From Candidatus Hydrothermarchaeota archaeon (GTDB lineage Archaea; Hydrothermarchaeota; Hydrothermarchaeia; Hydrothermarchaeales; BMS3B), in NCBI GenBank assembly GCA_964501105.1, contig CAZCRG010000003.1, forward strand, positions 1 through 37,045: a DNA stretch of 37,045 nucleotides, given 5' to 3'. The notes under the pieces are model-generated. The model did no database searches, had not been told where the DNA came from, and was given only the letters and a program-made list of their open reading frames with translations. Of the stretch, positions 18,277-28,609 are shown piece after piece. The translations under genes were made by a program, and so were the position numbers. The first letter of the stretch is position 1, and each line of letters begins with the position of its first letter.

Positions 18277-19299
18277 ATGAAGCGTCTCTACAATGCCTTC
18301 CTTATTGCATTCTTTACTGTCCTGTTGGTAGCTGCAGCCCTTAGAGTTGACTGGCAGGAGGTCTTCAGAATCGCCTCAAGGGCAGATGCAGAGCTTGTTG
18401 TTCTTGCAGTTCTCATAACTCTTCTCAGATTTCTAATCTGGAGCTTCAAGTGGCAGCTCCTCATCTCTTCCATTAAAGTTAAGGTCCCCTTTTTCAGAGT
18501 ATTACTAATCCTTATGGCAGGTCTCTTTGTGAGCACCTCCACGCCTGGAGCTAATATTGGAGGTGAGCCTTTAAGAGCCTACTACCTGGCTAAAGAGGCT
18601 GGAATTAAAAAGAGTGCAGCCATGGCGACTGTAATTATGGATAAGTCGGGCAACTACTTTGCCTTTTTCACCTATTCCCTTATGGCTTTTATTCTGCTTA
18701 TGGAATATTTTGAGGCTCGAGCAGTGAAGCTGGTATTTTTTGTTGTTCTGCTTATAGCCTTTGGTGGGGCATCATATATGGTGCTCAGAAGGAATCATGC
18801 TCCTCTGGTAAGGGCACTCAGGTTTATTTACACACTCCCCTTCTTTGAATTTCTGGAGAAAAGATTTGGAAGTTTTGATGAATTTGAGAGCTTTGTATAT
18901 TCAAGAATAAAAATCTTCAAGGATACTCTGAAGCATTTATGGAAAAACCCTGTGAATCTTGCGGCAAATCTGCTTTTATCCTATGCTCTCTGGCTAACCT
19001 CTTTTATAAAGACCTATCTCATTTTCCTCGCTCTGGGAATTAAAGCTGACTTTTTAATTGTATCTGCAATAAAAGCTATATCTGTACTTCTTGGAATGAT
19101 GAGTTTTATACCTGGGGGTTTTGGCGTTATTGAGGGTGTAATGGTGGCACTATTCTCTTCCTACGGCTTTGACACAAAGACTGCTCTTGCCGGCGTGCTT
19201 CTCTCAAGAACAATCTACTATGTATTTTCCCTTGGCTTGGGCTATCTCTGCCTTCTCTGGCTCAGGATTGAGCACAGAGGAAGTAGACTAAATCCTTGA
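18277..19299 (+). CDS. Integral membrane protein, flippase-like/UPF0104 (lysylphosphatidylglycerol-synthase TM-region family)
   Basis: About eight predicted TM helices. The N-terminal region FLIAFFTVLLVAAALR..WQEV.. resembles TIGR00374-type proteins. Confidence 0.45.
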   Translation: MKRLYNAFLIAFFTVLLVAAALRVDWQEVFRIASRADAELVVLAVLITLLRFLIWSFKWQLLISSIKVKVPFFRVLLILMAGLFVSTSTPGANIGGEPLRAYYLAKEAGIKKSAAMATVIMDKSGNYFAFFTYSLMAFILLMEYFEARAVKLVFFVVLLIAFGGASYMVLRRNHAPLVRALRFIYTLPFFEFLEKRFGSFDEFESFVYSRIKIFKDTLKHLWKNPVNLAANLLLSYALWLTSFIKTYLIFLALGIKADFLIVSAIKAISVLLGMMSFIPGGFGVIEGVMVALFSSYGFDTKTALAGVLLSRTIYYVFSLGLGYLCLLWLRIEHRGSRLNP

Positions 19300-20325
19300 C
19301 TTCACCTTTGCCAGCCTCCTGACATACCTCTCAGCAGCCTCTGGCGATGCAAGTACAGAATCTAAAAAGTCCACATCTCTCAGAGATAGCAGGCCAGTAG
19401 CTTTGAGGCGCTTTTTGTACTCTTTTGAAATAAAGCTATCTTCCAGCCTCCCGGACTCAAGAGCCAGGGCTGTAACCTCAGCAGCTATTTTTCCTGACTT
19501 CATGGCATAGTATATGCCCTCACCTGTGCCAGGGTAGACAAAGCCTCCTGCATCCCCAGCCAGAAGTACTCTGTTTTTAACAAGAGTTTCCTGGGGCCCG
19601 GCCATGGGTATTCTATGAGCCTCATAGCCAGCAAGCTCAGCCTTTGCGAGCTTCTCCTTGACTATTGGCGATAGAGTGAAGCTGTCAAGGAGCTTCTTTG
19701 TGTACTCCTTTCCCAGTCCGCCAATTCCAACTTTTAGTCTGCCCCTGAGAGGGGTTATCCACCCGTAGCCCCTGCTGAAGTAGTAGTAAACCTCAAACCA
19801 GTCCCCAATTCTCTTCTCAATTTCCTCATTACTAAGCCTGAAGGTGTACTGCAGTGCAGTGGCAAGTTTTGAGTAATTCAGCCCGAGAGACTTCCTTACT
19901 GTTGAGTTGGCTCCGTCACAGCCAATTACAATTGAAGCCTCTATATTCCTCTCACCGATTACTTTAATTCCTTTTCTGTCTGGTTTAAGGCCCTTAACTC
20001 TGAGCTTTACAGGCTCTTTATCCAGCCTTGAAACAAGGTAGGAGTCAAATCTGGCTCTATCCACAAGAGCACCTTCCCTGGGAAAGGCAGTCTCTACCTC
20101 CACTCCACCTTTTGAGAAGATTCTGTAGCCCAGGAGAGGACCTTCAAAGGCTTCTTTGCTGAGGTCAAATTCTTCAAGCACTCTGAAGGGCAGGACGCCG
20201 CCGCAGGGCTTATTTCTTGGAAAGGAGTGCTTATCTATAAGTATAAAGTCCACTCCCATCTCCTCAAGCTTCAGTGCGGCTGAAGCACCGCAGGGACCAG
20301 AGCCTATAACTGCAACCTCATACAT
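19288..20325 (-). CDS. Geranylgeranyl reductase-family FAD-dependent oxidoreductase
   Basis: The N-terminal Rossmann dinucleotide motif VAVIGSGPCGASAA runs through PCGG. The length and overall pattern match the archaeal GGR family. It overlaps the convergent upstream gene by 12 nt. Confidence 0.65.
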   Translation of the reverse strand: MYEVAVIGSGPCGASAALKLEEMGVDFILIDKHSFPRNKPCGGVLPFRVLEEFDLSKEAFEGPLLGYRIFSKGGVEVETAFPREGALVDRARFDSYLVSRLDKEPVKLRVKGLKPDRKGIKVIGERNIEASIVIGCDGANSTVRKSLGLNYSKLATALQYTFRLSNEEIEKRIGDWFEVYYYFSRGYGWITPLRGRLKVGIGGLGKEYTKKLLDSFTLSPIVKEKLAKAELAGYEAHRIPMAGPQETLVKNRVLLAGDAGGFVYPGTGEGIYYAMKSGKIAAEVTALALESGRLEDSFISKEYKKRLKATGLLSLRDVDFLDSVLASPEAAERYVRRLAKVKSRI

Positions 20326-20499
20326 AGTGCAGTTATCAGCTCTTAAAGGTTAAAGATTTTTCTGCCAGCAAATGTATCTTAAGATAAATGTAAAATAAAG
20401 AAAAGTCATTCAAGATTATATACGAAATGTGAGAAATTCCAACGAAATTTATTTTAATAATGATAACCAGATATTATATTATTCAGGAGGTGGGGGGGT

Positions 20500-21534
20500 A
20501 TGCATGAAAATATCCCTTGTGGGGAAATCCTTGAAAAAATAGGCGATGGTGTGGCTATTCTATCAGAGGACTACAAGATAGTTTTTGTGAACAATGTCTT
20601 CAGGAAAATGCACAAGATTGAAGGTGAAATAATTGGCTGTAGATGCTACGAAGTTTTCCACCTGTGTGGGGAGCCCTGCAAAGAATGCAATAAGGAGGAG
20701 GTTTCGAAGGGCAAAGTAGTTAAGACACTTCACAGGCACTTCAGGTGTGATGGTTCTCCCTTTTTTGTTGAGATAACCTGCTCTCCTCTATTCATCAATG
20801 GTAACCTTAAATATTTAATCCACACCGCAAGAGATGTTACAGATAAAATTGAGGCTGAAAGAAAGCTCAAAGAAGCAGTTAAAATGAAGCAACTTCTTCT
20901 GGATATTCTCCACCACGACATATTAAATGCTGCTGGATTAATTAAGGGCAATCTGGAGCTTTTTTATGAGGTTTACAACGGCGAGAATAAAGAGCTTTTA
21001 GAAGGTGCCCTTTATGGTACAAGAAAACTCCTTGATATTACTGAAAACGCCCGTAAATATACAAAGCTTGAGGAGACAAGGGAAGTTCAGAGAGAGGAAA
21101 TTTCCCTCACACGCCTTGCAGAGCAGGCTTACCACATGCTGGAGGAGGATTTTAAAAGTAAGAATCTTGAAGTTGTACTGCCTGATAGGGAGGTAACATA
21201 TTTAGCAAGCCCTCTTCTCAGAGATGTGTTTTTTAATCTTCTTAGCAATGCCTGCAAGTTTTCACCAGAAGGTGGTAGAGTTGAGGTCAGGCTTATAGAG
21301 TCAGAAAAGGGTGTTACAATTGAGGTTGCTGATGAAGGACCCGGGGTAGAAGATGAATATAAAGAGAAGATCTTTGAGAGGTATAAAAGGATAGAAAAGC
21401 AAGGTGTGAAAGGCACAGGTCTGGGCCTTGCAATAGTCAGGAGAATTGCAGAGCTTCACCCGGGTAAAGCCTGGGTGGAGGATAATTTCCCTAGAGGTAG
21501 TGTGTTCAAAGTTTTTATAGCGAAGCAACATTAA
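20500..21534 (+). CDS. Sensor histidine kinase with an N-terminal PAS-like domain carrying a Cys/His cluster
   Basis: The H-box is LLDILHHDILNAAG. The N-box is NLLSNACKFS. The G-boxes are DEGPGV and GTGLGLAIV. The N-terminal PAS-like region contains CRCYEVFHLCGEPCKEC. Confidence 0.7.
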   Translation: MHENIPCGEILEKIGDGVAILSEDYKIVFVNNVFRKMHKIEGEIIGCRCYEVFHLCGEPCKECNKEEVSKGKVVKTLHRHFRCDGSPFFVEITCSPLFINGNLKYLIHTARDVTDKIEAERKLKEAVKMKQLLLDILHHDILNAAGLIKGNLELFYEVYNGENKELLEGALYGTRKLLDITENARKYTKLEETREVQREEISLTRLAEQAYHMLEEDFKSKNLEVVLPDREVTYLASPLLRDVFFNLLSNACKFSPEGGRVEVRLIESEKGVTIEVADEGPGVEDEYKEKIFERYKRIEKQGVKGTGLGLAIVRRIAELHPGKAWVEDNFPRGSVFKVFIAKQH

Positions 21535-21564
21535 GCTTTTCCAGAGGGAAGCTAATATCCTTTC

Positions 21565-22395
21565 ATGATTGAGCTATTTCTGGCTGCCCTTATATGGAGC
21601 ACAACACCAATTCTTGCAAAGATAGCCTATTCCAGCGGGATAAATACTGCTACTCTTGTGGAGATAAGGCTTCTCACTGGAGCGTTGCTCTTTTATCTAC
21701 TTCTGAGAAAGAGAGTAAAGTATTTTATAAGGAAGGTGAACTTCATTGATATTTTCAAGCTTTCAGCCTTAGGTCTTGCTGCCAACTTCTACTTTTACCA
21801 TCTGGGGTTAAAGTACACAAGTGCCAGCTCTGCCCAGGTGCTTGAGAGCACCTCACCTGCTTTTGTGCTTCTTCTCACGCCTTTCATGAAAGTAGAAAAG
21901 GCTGATAGCAGGAAAATTCTGGGAGTAGCCCTTTCCCTTTTAGGCACATCAATTATTTTCTACACCCACTCTGGAACTTTAAAGTTCAGGGGCGATGTCC
22001 TTGAAATTTTTGCAGCCATAAGCTGGGCTTTCTTCACAGTTCAGGCTGGAAGAGTGCTCCTGAAAATTAGGCCAGAAGAGAGCCTTTTTCTACTCTTCTC
22101 TTTTTCCTTTTTCCTTCTCCTCCCCTCTGCAGTACTTCATGGGGTGAGCTTAACTCCAGTAGCCTTTACACTTGCTTTAATTATGGGCTTTTTGCACACC
22201 TTCCTTGCCTACCTTCTATATTTCAGGGGAATTGCCAGAGCCAAGCCAATAACAGCCAGTCTTGTTTTCACTCTAAGCCCCCTTCTCACAATAATTTTCT
22301 CAAGAGCTTTCCTTGGGGAACAGCCCGGCTATATCTTTTATGCAGGAGCCTTTCTTGTGCTCTCTGGCATAGTTGTGGCCTTAAAAAGAGAGTAG
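21565..22395 (+). CDS. EamA/DMT-family transporter
   Basis: About ten TM helices in two repeated halves, typical of the drug/metabolite transporter superfamily. Confidence 0.55.
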   Translation: MIELFLAALIWSTTPILAKIAYSSGINTATLVEIRLLTGALLFYLLLRKRVKYFIRKVNFIDIFKLSALGLAANFYFYHLGLKYTSASSAQVLESTSPAFVLLLTPFMKVEKADSRKILGVALSLLGTSIIFYTHSGTLKFRGDVLEIFAAISWAFFTVQAGRVLLKIRPEESLFLLFSFSFFLLLPSAVLHGVSLTPVAFTLALIMGFLHTFLAYLLYFRGIARAKPITASLVFTLSPLLTIIFSRAFLGEQPGYIFYAGAFLVLSGIVVALKRE

Positions 22396-24456
22396 CCTTT
22401 CCAGCATCTCCTCAATGCTGGTTGTTGGTGGGCTGCAGGAGTAATCTCTGCATATATAGGCAGTTGCTCTTCCTCCTATACTCTTCAGCTCCCCAGTAAA
22501 TTCAGCTATATCTGAAAGTTCTTCATCACTGCTCAGGAGAAGAACCTTATTGGGCAGGAAGTTCTCTCTAAGAGCCTTAATCATGGCTATAGTGTCCTTA
22601 CTTCTTTTATTGCCTGCTATAACCACAAGGCTTGAGCTGAAGGCAAAAATCAGAGCAGAGAGAAAAAAGGTATAGGCAACAGGAATCTTTTCAACTTCTC
22701 TGGAGAAACTTTCTCCAAGAGCCCAGGCTCTCTCTTCATATTCTGCTTTCCCGGTTATTTTTGAAAGCCGGAGGAGATTGAGAAAGGCTACTGAGTTGCC
22801 AGAGGGGTAGGCAGTATCCTGAAGCTCTTTTCTTCTCAGGGGTAGCTCCTGGCTGCCCTTCTGAGTAAAGTAAAATCCTCCTCTTGCATGCTCCCAGAAG
22901 TTTTCAAGAAGATAATCAGTTAACTCGAGAGCTTTCCTGAGATATCTCACATCGAAGGTGGCTTCATAGAGCTCAAGGAGGCCAAAGGTAAGGAAGGCAT
23001 AGTCATCAAGAAAAGCATCTATGGCAGCTTCACCCTCTCTATAGCGGTGGTAGAGCTTCCCATCTATTAACATTCTTTCGAGGATAAAGTCAGAAGCCCT
23101 TTTTGCAGCCTCAGCATACTCTGGCTCATCAAAAACCTGAGCCGCCTTCGCCAGGGCAGCTATCATAAGCCCATTCCAGTCCACAAGTATCTTGTCGTCT
23201 TTGGCGGGAGGAATTCTTTTCTCTCTTGCTCTGAGGAGATTTTTTCTTGCCTCCTCCACTTTTCTTCTGAGCTCTTCTTCCTTCACTCCTAGCTCTGCTG
23301 CAATCTCTTTAAGGGGCTTCTTCAGGTGGAGTATATTCTTTCCAGTTTTTATTCCAGTAACCTCTTCTCTGAAGTTACCCTCTTCTCTGACATTGAATAC
23401 TTTAATTACAAGTTCAGCCTCTCCTCCCAGAACTTCTCTTATTTCCTCTTCACTCCAGAGGTAAAATTTTCCCTCCTCGCCCTCACTGTCGGCATCCTGA
23501 GCAGAGTAGAAGGCTCCTTCCTGGGAGGTCATCTCCCTTTGCACATAAGTGAAAATCTCTTCTGCTGTTCTTTTGTACTCCTCTTTTTTGGTGGCCTGGT
23601 AGGCCTCAGTATAGGCAAGGGCAAGCGTAGCCTGGTCATAGAGCATCTTTTCAAAGTGGGGAAGAAGCCACTTCTCATCTGTAGAATAGCGGTGAAATCC
23701 AAAGCCTATGTGGTCGTAGATGCCTCCTCTGCGCATTGCAAGAAGGGTCTTTTCAACCATCTCAAGGGCTCTGTCTTCTCCTTTTCTGCGCCAGTAGCGC
23801 AGGAGAAATAGTAAATTATGGGCAGAGGGGAACTTGGGTGCTCTGCCGAAGCCTCCATTTTTGGAGTCAAAGCTCTGGTAAAGCTGCTCATAGGCTGTGT
23901 CGATAACATTCTGGCTCAGCTCTCCTCCTGCCTGTTCTTCAGCCAGAGAGAGCCCCAGGCTGACCTTTTCAGCCAGCTCCTCCAGATAATCTCGCTGGTT
24001 CTGCCAGAGTTCTTTTATTCTAAGCACAATCTCCTTCAGTCCAGTCCTGCCAAATCTGCTTTCCTTTGGAATGTAGGTGGCGGCGAAGAAGGGCTTCTTA
24101 TCTGGCGTCATTATTATGGTTAAGGGCCATCCCCCTGAGCCAGTTAGAGCCTGACAGACCTTCATAAAAGCACTGTCTATATCTGGCCTCTCCTCCCTGT
24201 CAACTTTTATGCACACAAAGGTACTGTTGAGAAGCTCAGCCACCTCCTGGTCTTCAAAGCTCTCCTTCTCCATAACATGGCACCAGTGGCAGGTGGAGTA
24301 GCCTATGGAAAGAAAAATTGGTTTATTCTCCCTCTCTGCTATTTCAAAGGCCTCCTCTCCCCAGGGGTACCATTCGACAGGGTTGTAGGCATGCTGGAGC
24401 AGATAGGGGCTCTTCTCCTTTATCAGGCGGTTGGGCTTTCTCTGAAGCCTGGACAT
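22381..24456 (-). CDS. Thioredoxin-domain (DUF255) / six-hairpin glycosidase-like protein (YyaL / SPATA20-like)
   Basis: The N-terminal segment [46 protein letters not shown] is the DUF255 thioredoxin-like signature. The start is set at the internal Met (MSRLQRK); the longer ORF adds a non-homologous extension. Confidence 0.75.
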   Translation of the reverse strand: MSRLQRKPNRLIKEKSPYLLQHAYNPVEWYPWGEEAFEIAERENKPIFLSIGYSTCHWCHVMEKESFEDQEVAELLNSTFVCIKVDREERPDIDSAFMKVCQALTGSGGWPLTIIMTPDKKPFFAATYIPKESRFGRTGLKEIVLRIKELWQNQRDYLEELAEKVSLGLSLAEEQAGGELSQNVIDTAYEQLYQSFDSKNGGFGRAPKFPSAHNLLFLLRYWRRKGEDRALEMVEKTLLAMRRGGIYDHIGFGFHRYSTDEKWLLPHFEKMLYDQATLALAYTEAYQATKKEEYKRTAEEIFTYVQREMTSQEGAFYSAQDADSEGEEGKFYLWSEEEIREVLGGEAELVIKVFNVREEGNFREEVTGIKTGKNILHLKKPLKEIAAELGVKEEELRRKVEEARKNLLRAREKRIPPAKDDKILVDWNGLMIAALAKAAQVFDEPEYAEAAKRASDFILERMLIDGKLYHRYREGEAAIDAFLDDYAFLTFGLLELYEATFDVRYLRKALELTDYLLENFWEHARGGFYFTQKGSQELPLRRKELQDTAYPSGNSVAFLNLLRLSKITGKAEYEERAWALGESFSREVEKIPVAYTFFLSALIFAFSSSLVVIAGNKRSKDTIAMIKALRENFLPNKVLLLSSDEELSDIAEFTGELKSIGGRATAYICRDYSCSPPTTSIEEMLERLLSF

Positions 24457-24543
24457 AATAATAATAAAAAAACTACCGAGAAAAAAAGCTTCCTCTTGAT
24501 TAATGAAAAGTTTTAAAAAGAAAATAGAGTTATTATTACCTGT

Positions 24544-25332
24544 ATGGGTGATGTAACAGGTGATATGAGGGATTTCGCTATTGAACTGGCAGAAAAGTCT
24601 GGACAATACCTCTTAGAAAATTTCAGAAAAGAATTATCACTAATCCCCATGAGAGGAGTTTCCAAGGAAATAACAACAAGGTATGATAGAGAAAATGACA
24701 GGTTTATAATAGAGGAAATTTCTGGAGCCTATCCAGAGCACAATATACTCACTGAGGAGAGTGGCTTTATAGATAAAAGGAGTGAATACACCTGGATTGT
24801 TGATTCTCTGGATGGAAGTGGCAACTTCGCCCTTGGAAATCCTTTCTTTGCTGTTTCTATTGCTCTGATGAAAGGCAGTGAACTTATATTGGGGGTGATT
24901 GCTGCACCCTACTTGAAAGAGCTTTATACTGCAGAAAAAGGTAAAGGAGCTTTCCTTAATGGAAGAAAAATTCATGTGTCTGAGGTTGAGGAGCTAAGTC
25001 AGAGCTACATGGTGAGCTGTGAGGGAGGAGAGAGAAGCAATGAGAGGATAGCAGGAATAAATGCTCTGCTTCATCCAAAAATAAAAGACCTTCGCAAACT
25101 TGGCTCTGCAGCCCTGGAGGGTGCCTGGGTTGCTTCTGGAAGAGCAGAAGCATATATCACCACAAGTATCTACCCCTGGGATATTGCCTCTGCAGTGCTT
25201 CTTGTAAAAGAGGCTGGAGGAGAGGTGACAGATTTTAATGGTAGAAGCTGGGAGCTGAAGAAAAGTGACATTATTCTCTCCAATGGAAAAATTCATGATG
25301 AAATAGTTGAGATAATGAGGCATAAGATTTAG
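24544..25332 (+). CDS. Inositol monophosphatase / fructose-1,6-bisphosphatase family protein (archaeal IMPase/FBPase)
   Basis: Metal-binding motifs are [12 protein letters not shown] (DPxDGT-like) and [15 protein letters not shown]. Confidence 0.75.
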   Translation: MGDVTGDMRDFAIELAEKSGQYLLENFRKELSLIPMRGVSKEITTRYDRENDRFIIEEISGAYPEHNILTEESGFIDKRSEYTWIVDSLDGSGNFALGNPFFAVSIALMKGSELILGVIAAPYLKELYTAEKGKGAFLNGRKIHVSEVEELSQSYMVSCEGGERSNERIAGINALLHPKIKDLRKLGSAALEGAWVASGRAEAYITTSIYPWDIASAVLLVKEAGGEVTDFNGRSWELKKSDIILSNGKIHDEIVEIMRHKI

Positions 25333-25476
25333 ACTGTATTTTATTTTTACAGTACTGGCATACAGGTATGCTATCCCGCAGGGGTATAGCAATTTATATA
25401 TATGAACATATCTTAATATAACAATACATACTTTGTCTGTCAACCTGATAGTGGGTTTTAAGCTGGAGGTGGATAA

Positions 25477-25827
25477 ATGAATCTGGGAATTTTACTTACA
25501 GAGGGACCCTTCCAGAGCCAGCGCTGGGAATCTGCGGCTGAGATTGCCATAGCTGCTCTAAAAAAGGGCCATGGGGTGGAGATTTTTCTTTTTCTGGACG
25601 GGGTTTACAACGCCCTCAAAACCCAGGCTATGCCTGAGAGAGAGACACAGCCTGTGGACAGCTTCAGAGAGATTGTGAAACTCGGCGGTAAAATAACTGC
25701 CTGCGGTGTGTGTGTTGCTGCCAGGGGCCTGGAGGGAGGAAAGGATTTTATTGATGGTGTGGAGATTGGCGGGCTTCCCCAGCTCTCCGAGATAATAGAG
25801 CAGAGCCACAGGTTTGTATGCTTTTGA
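25477..25827 (+). CDS. dsrE: DsrE/TusD-family sulfur-relay protein
   Basis: Size and pattern match DsrE, including the conserved active-site Cys in ..ITACGVCVAARG... The gene is first of three small DsrE/F/H-like genes, with the RBS GGAGGTGG. Confidence 0.6.
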   Translation: MNLGILLTEGPFQSQRWESAAEIAIAALKKGHGVEIFLFLDGVYNALKTQAMPERETQPVDSFREIVKLGGKITACGVCVAARGLEGGKDFIDGVEIGGLPQLSEIIEQSHRFVCF

Positions 25828-25836
25828 GGTGATATA

Positions 25837-26175
25837 ATGAAAAAGGTAGTGATAACCTTCAGCAAGCCGCCTTATGGAAAAGCCCACTTTATTGAAGGAC
25901 TGAGGCTTGCTTCGGGGATGAGCTTTAATGAGCACAGGACAAAACTAATCTTTCTCGGTAAGGGTGTGTGGTGTGCTCTTAAAAATGTGAACAGGGCACC
26001 TGCCCAGCAATTCCTTGAGGTCATAAAGGAGTCAGGTTATCCACTCTATGTTGAGAGAGAGTCTCTCAAGGAAAATGGTATAGATGAGAGAGATATTGAT
26101 AATATGTTCAGAGTGGTGTCTGAGGAGGAAGTGGCGGCGATGATAAGAGAATCTGACATACAACTGGGGATGTGA
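25837..26175 (+). CDS. dsrF: DsrF/TusC-family protein
   Basis: Second gene of the dsrEFH-like operon. The DsrE-fold protein KPPYG..A.EGLRLA has the DsrF/TusC pattern. Confidence 0.55.
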   Translation: MKKVVITFSKPPYGKAHFIEGLRLASGMSFNEHRTKLIFLGKGVWCALKNVNRAPAQQFLEVIKESGYPLYVERESLKENGIDERDIDNMFRVVSEEEVAAMIRESDIQLGM

Positions 26176-26178
26176 AGA

Positions 26179-26433
26179 ATGCTCTATATCCTGAAAGAAC
26201 TCTCCAGCCGGAAGGGCATAAATCTGGCTCTCAATGATAATGATGCCAGGGTGGTACTTATAGAGGACGGCGTATATCTTGATATCAGCCCCCTGAAGGG
26301 AAAGGCAAAGATCTATGCCCTGAGAAAGGATTTAGAGAGCCGTGGCCTTCTGGATAAGCTCGTGGGCATAGAAATAATAGATTATAGTGACCTGGTGGAC
26401 CTGATAGAAGAGAACAGGGTAGTGAATATATGA
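26179..26433 (+). CDS. dsrH: DsrH/TusB-family protein
   Basis: Third gene, about 84 aa; its start overlaps the dsrF stop in ATGTGA. The pattern ..VVLIEDGVY.. is typical of DsrH/TusB. Confidence 0.5.
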   Translation: MLYILKELSSRKGINLALNDNDARVVLIEDGVYLDISPLKGKAKIYALRKDLESRGLLDKLVGIEIIDYSDLVDLIEENRVVNI

Positions 26434-26504
26434 AGTTGCAGTAACAATATCTCAGAAGAGTTACCTTTTTATACACCTGCCACAAGAATATACTGTGATA
26501 TACT

Positions 26505-27416
26505 ATGGAGAGAGTGGAGACTTATGAGATGGTGAGTAAGGGCAGGAAGATAATCCCGGGAGCCATTCTCTTTATACTCATAACTCTATTCTTCTTAATA
26601 TTATTGGGAGGCTCTCTATTCACAGTTGATCAAACTGAGATAGCAGTGGTAAAAACCTTTGGAGAGTACAGCCACCTGGCAAAGCCGGGGTTGCATGTAA
26701 AACTTCCAGTGGCTCAGAGTGTTGAGCACTACTACATTGGTATAAGAACAGTGAATTTTGTTGAGGGTGAAAAAGGTAGAGACACCTATGCCCCAGTTGT
26801 AGCTTTGAGCAACGATGGACTTGAGATAAAGATGGACATCTCAGTTCAGACAGCTCTAAAGCCAGAGAAAATAGAGGAGGTTGCAAGGAGCTTCAAAGGT
26901 CCCGAGTTTATAGAGTCCTGGAAGATTTCCACAATAAGGGGAGTAATTAGAGATGTGATAGCAAGGTACAATGCTGAAGCTCTCTATGGCGACCAGAGGG
27001 GACAGGTAGAGGCTGACATCCGGCATGAGCTTGAAGATAAGCTAAGCAGGTATTTCAATGTCCATGCTGTCTATATAAGAAAAGTGACACTACCCCAGAA
27101 CCTCAAGAATGCCATAGAAGCAAAGCTTCAGGCTCAGCAGGATGCCATGAGAATGCAGTTCATAGTTGAGAAGGAGAAGAAGGAAGCTGAAAGAAAGGAG
27201 ATTGAGGCAGAAGGTATTGCAAAGGCGAATGCCATTATAGGTCAGAGTATGAGAAAAAATCCAGAGTATTTGCAGTGGTACTATATGAAGGCTCTGGAGG
27301 AGATGGCAAGGAGCGAGAACACCATGTTTGTTCTTCTACCTGTGCCCAGCAGCTATATTCCCAATGCCAATATATCACAATCACCTCCAGTATCTCTACT
27401 TCTCAATCAGGGCTGA
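26505..27416 (+). CDS. SPFH / band-7 (prohibitin/HflC-like) membrane protein
   Basis: An N-terminal TM helix is followed by an SPFH domain (..FTVDQTEIAVVKTFGEY..) and a coiled-coil Glu/Lys/Ala-rich segment (QAQQDAMRMQFIVEKEKKEAERKEIEAEGIAKA). Confidence 0.65.
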   Translation: MERVETYEMVSKGRKIIPGAILFILITLFFLILLGGSLFTVDQTEIAVVKTFGEYSHLAKPGLHVKLPVAQSVEHYYIGIRTVNFVEGEKGRDTYAPVVALSNDGLEIKMDISVQTALKPEKIEEVARSFKGPEFIESWKISTIRGVIRDVIARYNAEALYGDQRGQVEADIRHELEDKLSRYFNVHAVYIRKVTLPQNLKNAIEAKLQAQQDAMRMQFIVEKEKKEAERKEIEAEGIAKANAIIGQSMRKNPEYLQWYYMKALEEMARSENTMFVLLPVPSSYIPNANISQSPPVSLLLNQG

Positions 27417-27417
27417 G

Positions 27418-28608
27418 CTACTCATATCTCAGGGCTTCAACAGGGTTGAGCTTTGCTGCTCTGTAGGCAGGATAAAGGCCGGAGATTATACCTATAAAGA
27501 AAGAAAAGCCAAGAGCTAAAAGAACAAGGTCTCTTGTTATGACAGTTTGAAAACTTGAGCCAATATAATACCTTCCCAGAGACTGAATAACCATTGATAT
27601 AATAACTCCGCCACAGATTCCTATAACACCTCCTATAATACCAAGAAGTCCAGCCTCGGCAACAAAAATCTTAAGCACCATTCTGTCACTTGCTCCTATG
27701 GCTTTCATAATACCTATTTCTCTAGTTCTTTCAAGGACTGATGTGAGCATAGTATTCATAATTATAACCCCTCCCACCACCAGTGAGATTGAGGCAATTC
27801 CGCCAATCACAAAAGTAATAATACCTATTATATTTTCAATCTGTTCAGCAAGCTGTTCTTTGGTAAGAACGTCAAAATCCTTGCCCCCCCTTACCTTCTT
27901 GAGCACCTCCTCAATCTTAACTGCCAGTGGTTTAACAGCTCTCTTGCTCTCAGCCACCACCCAGAACATTGTAATTTCATCGCCAGCATCAAAAAGGTCT
28001 CTTGCACTGTCAAGGCTCATATAAATACTGGTATCATCTTCAGTATTGCCAATCTCTTCAAGAATGCCAACAACTCTGAGGTTCTTCCCGTTAATCTTGA
28101 TACTGTCCCCCACGTGCACCTCTTTATCAAATACTTTGTAGGCTATTCTGTATCCAATATTTACCTCTTCCAGACTCTCATCACTGAAAAATCTTCCCTC
28201 CCTTATGGTGTAAAATCTCTGGAAGTGGCTCATCCCCTTTCTTTTAATCCCCGTGACATAAACATTCTCAATATCATTACTGTAGCTGACAGAGGCAGGT
28301 CTGTAAAAAACAGCCACCACATCCTTAACCTGAGGCAGAGCTTCTATAGCCTTAAGTTCTGAATCCCTGAAGGGAAGAAACTCTCTTGGCGGACCCTGCT
28401 GACTGCCCATCATCCCGCTGGGAACCACCATAATCTTATCGCTCCCCAGAGCCTCAAGCTGTTCAGAAACAGTTGCTCGCATCCCCTCGCCAATAGAGAC
28501 CATACTTACAACTATGGCAACGCCTATAACAATTCCCAGAGCAGTTAGAAAGCTCCTCAGCTTGGCTTCCTTCAGGTTTTTTACAGAGAAATAAATCTCT
28601 TCAATCAT
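27418..28608 (-). CDS. ABC transporter permease, FtsX/MacB-type
   Basis: One N-terminal TM, a periplasmic MacB_PCD-like domain, then the C-terminal FtsX four-helix region. It ends ..YPAYRAAKLNPVEALRYE. Confidence 0.7.
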   Translation of the reverse strand: MIEEIYFSVKNLKEAKLRSFLTALGIVIGVAIVVSMVSIGEGMRATVSEQLEALGSDKIMVVPSGMMGSQQGPPREFLPFRDSELKAIEALPQVKDVVAVFYRPASVSYSNDIENVYVTGIKRKGMSHFQRFYTIREGRFFSDESLEEVNIGYRIAYKVFDKEVHVGDSIKINGKNLRVVGILEEIGNTEDDTSIYMSLDSARDLFDAGDEITMFWVVAESKRAVKPLAVKIEEVLKKVRGGKDFDVLTKEQLAEQIENIIGIITFVIGGIASISLVVGGVIIMNTMLTSVLERTREIGIMKAIGASDRMVLKIFVAEAGLLGIIGGVIGICGGVIISMVIQSLGRYYIGSSFQTVITRDLVLLALGFSFFIGIISGLYPAYRAAKLNPVEALRYE

Positions 28609-28609
28609 C

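Noticed and set aside
23192-24123. Plus-strand ORFs 23192..23464, 23326..23811 and 23818..24123
   Set aside because: They are antisense to the well-supported DUF255 thioredoxin-domain gene. They are low-complexity Ser/Leu-rich and have no RBS.
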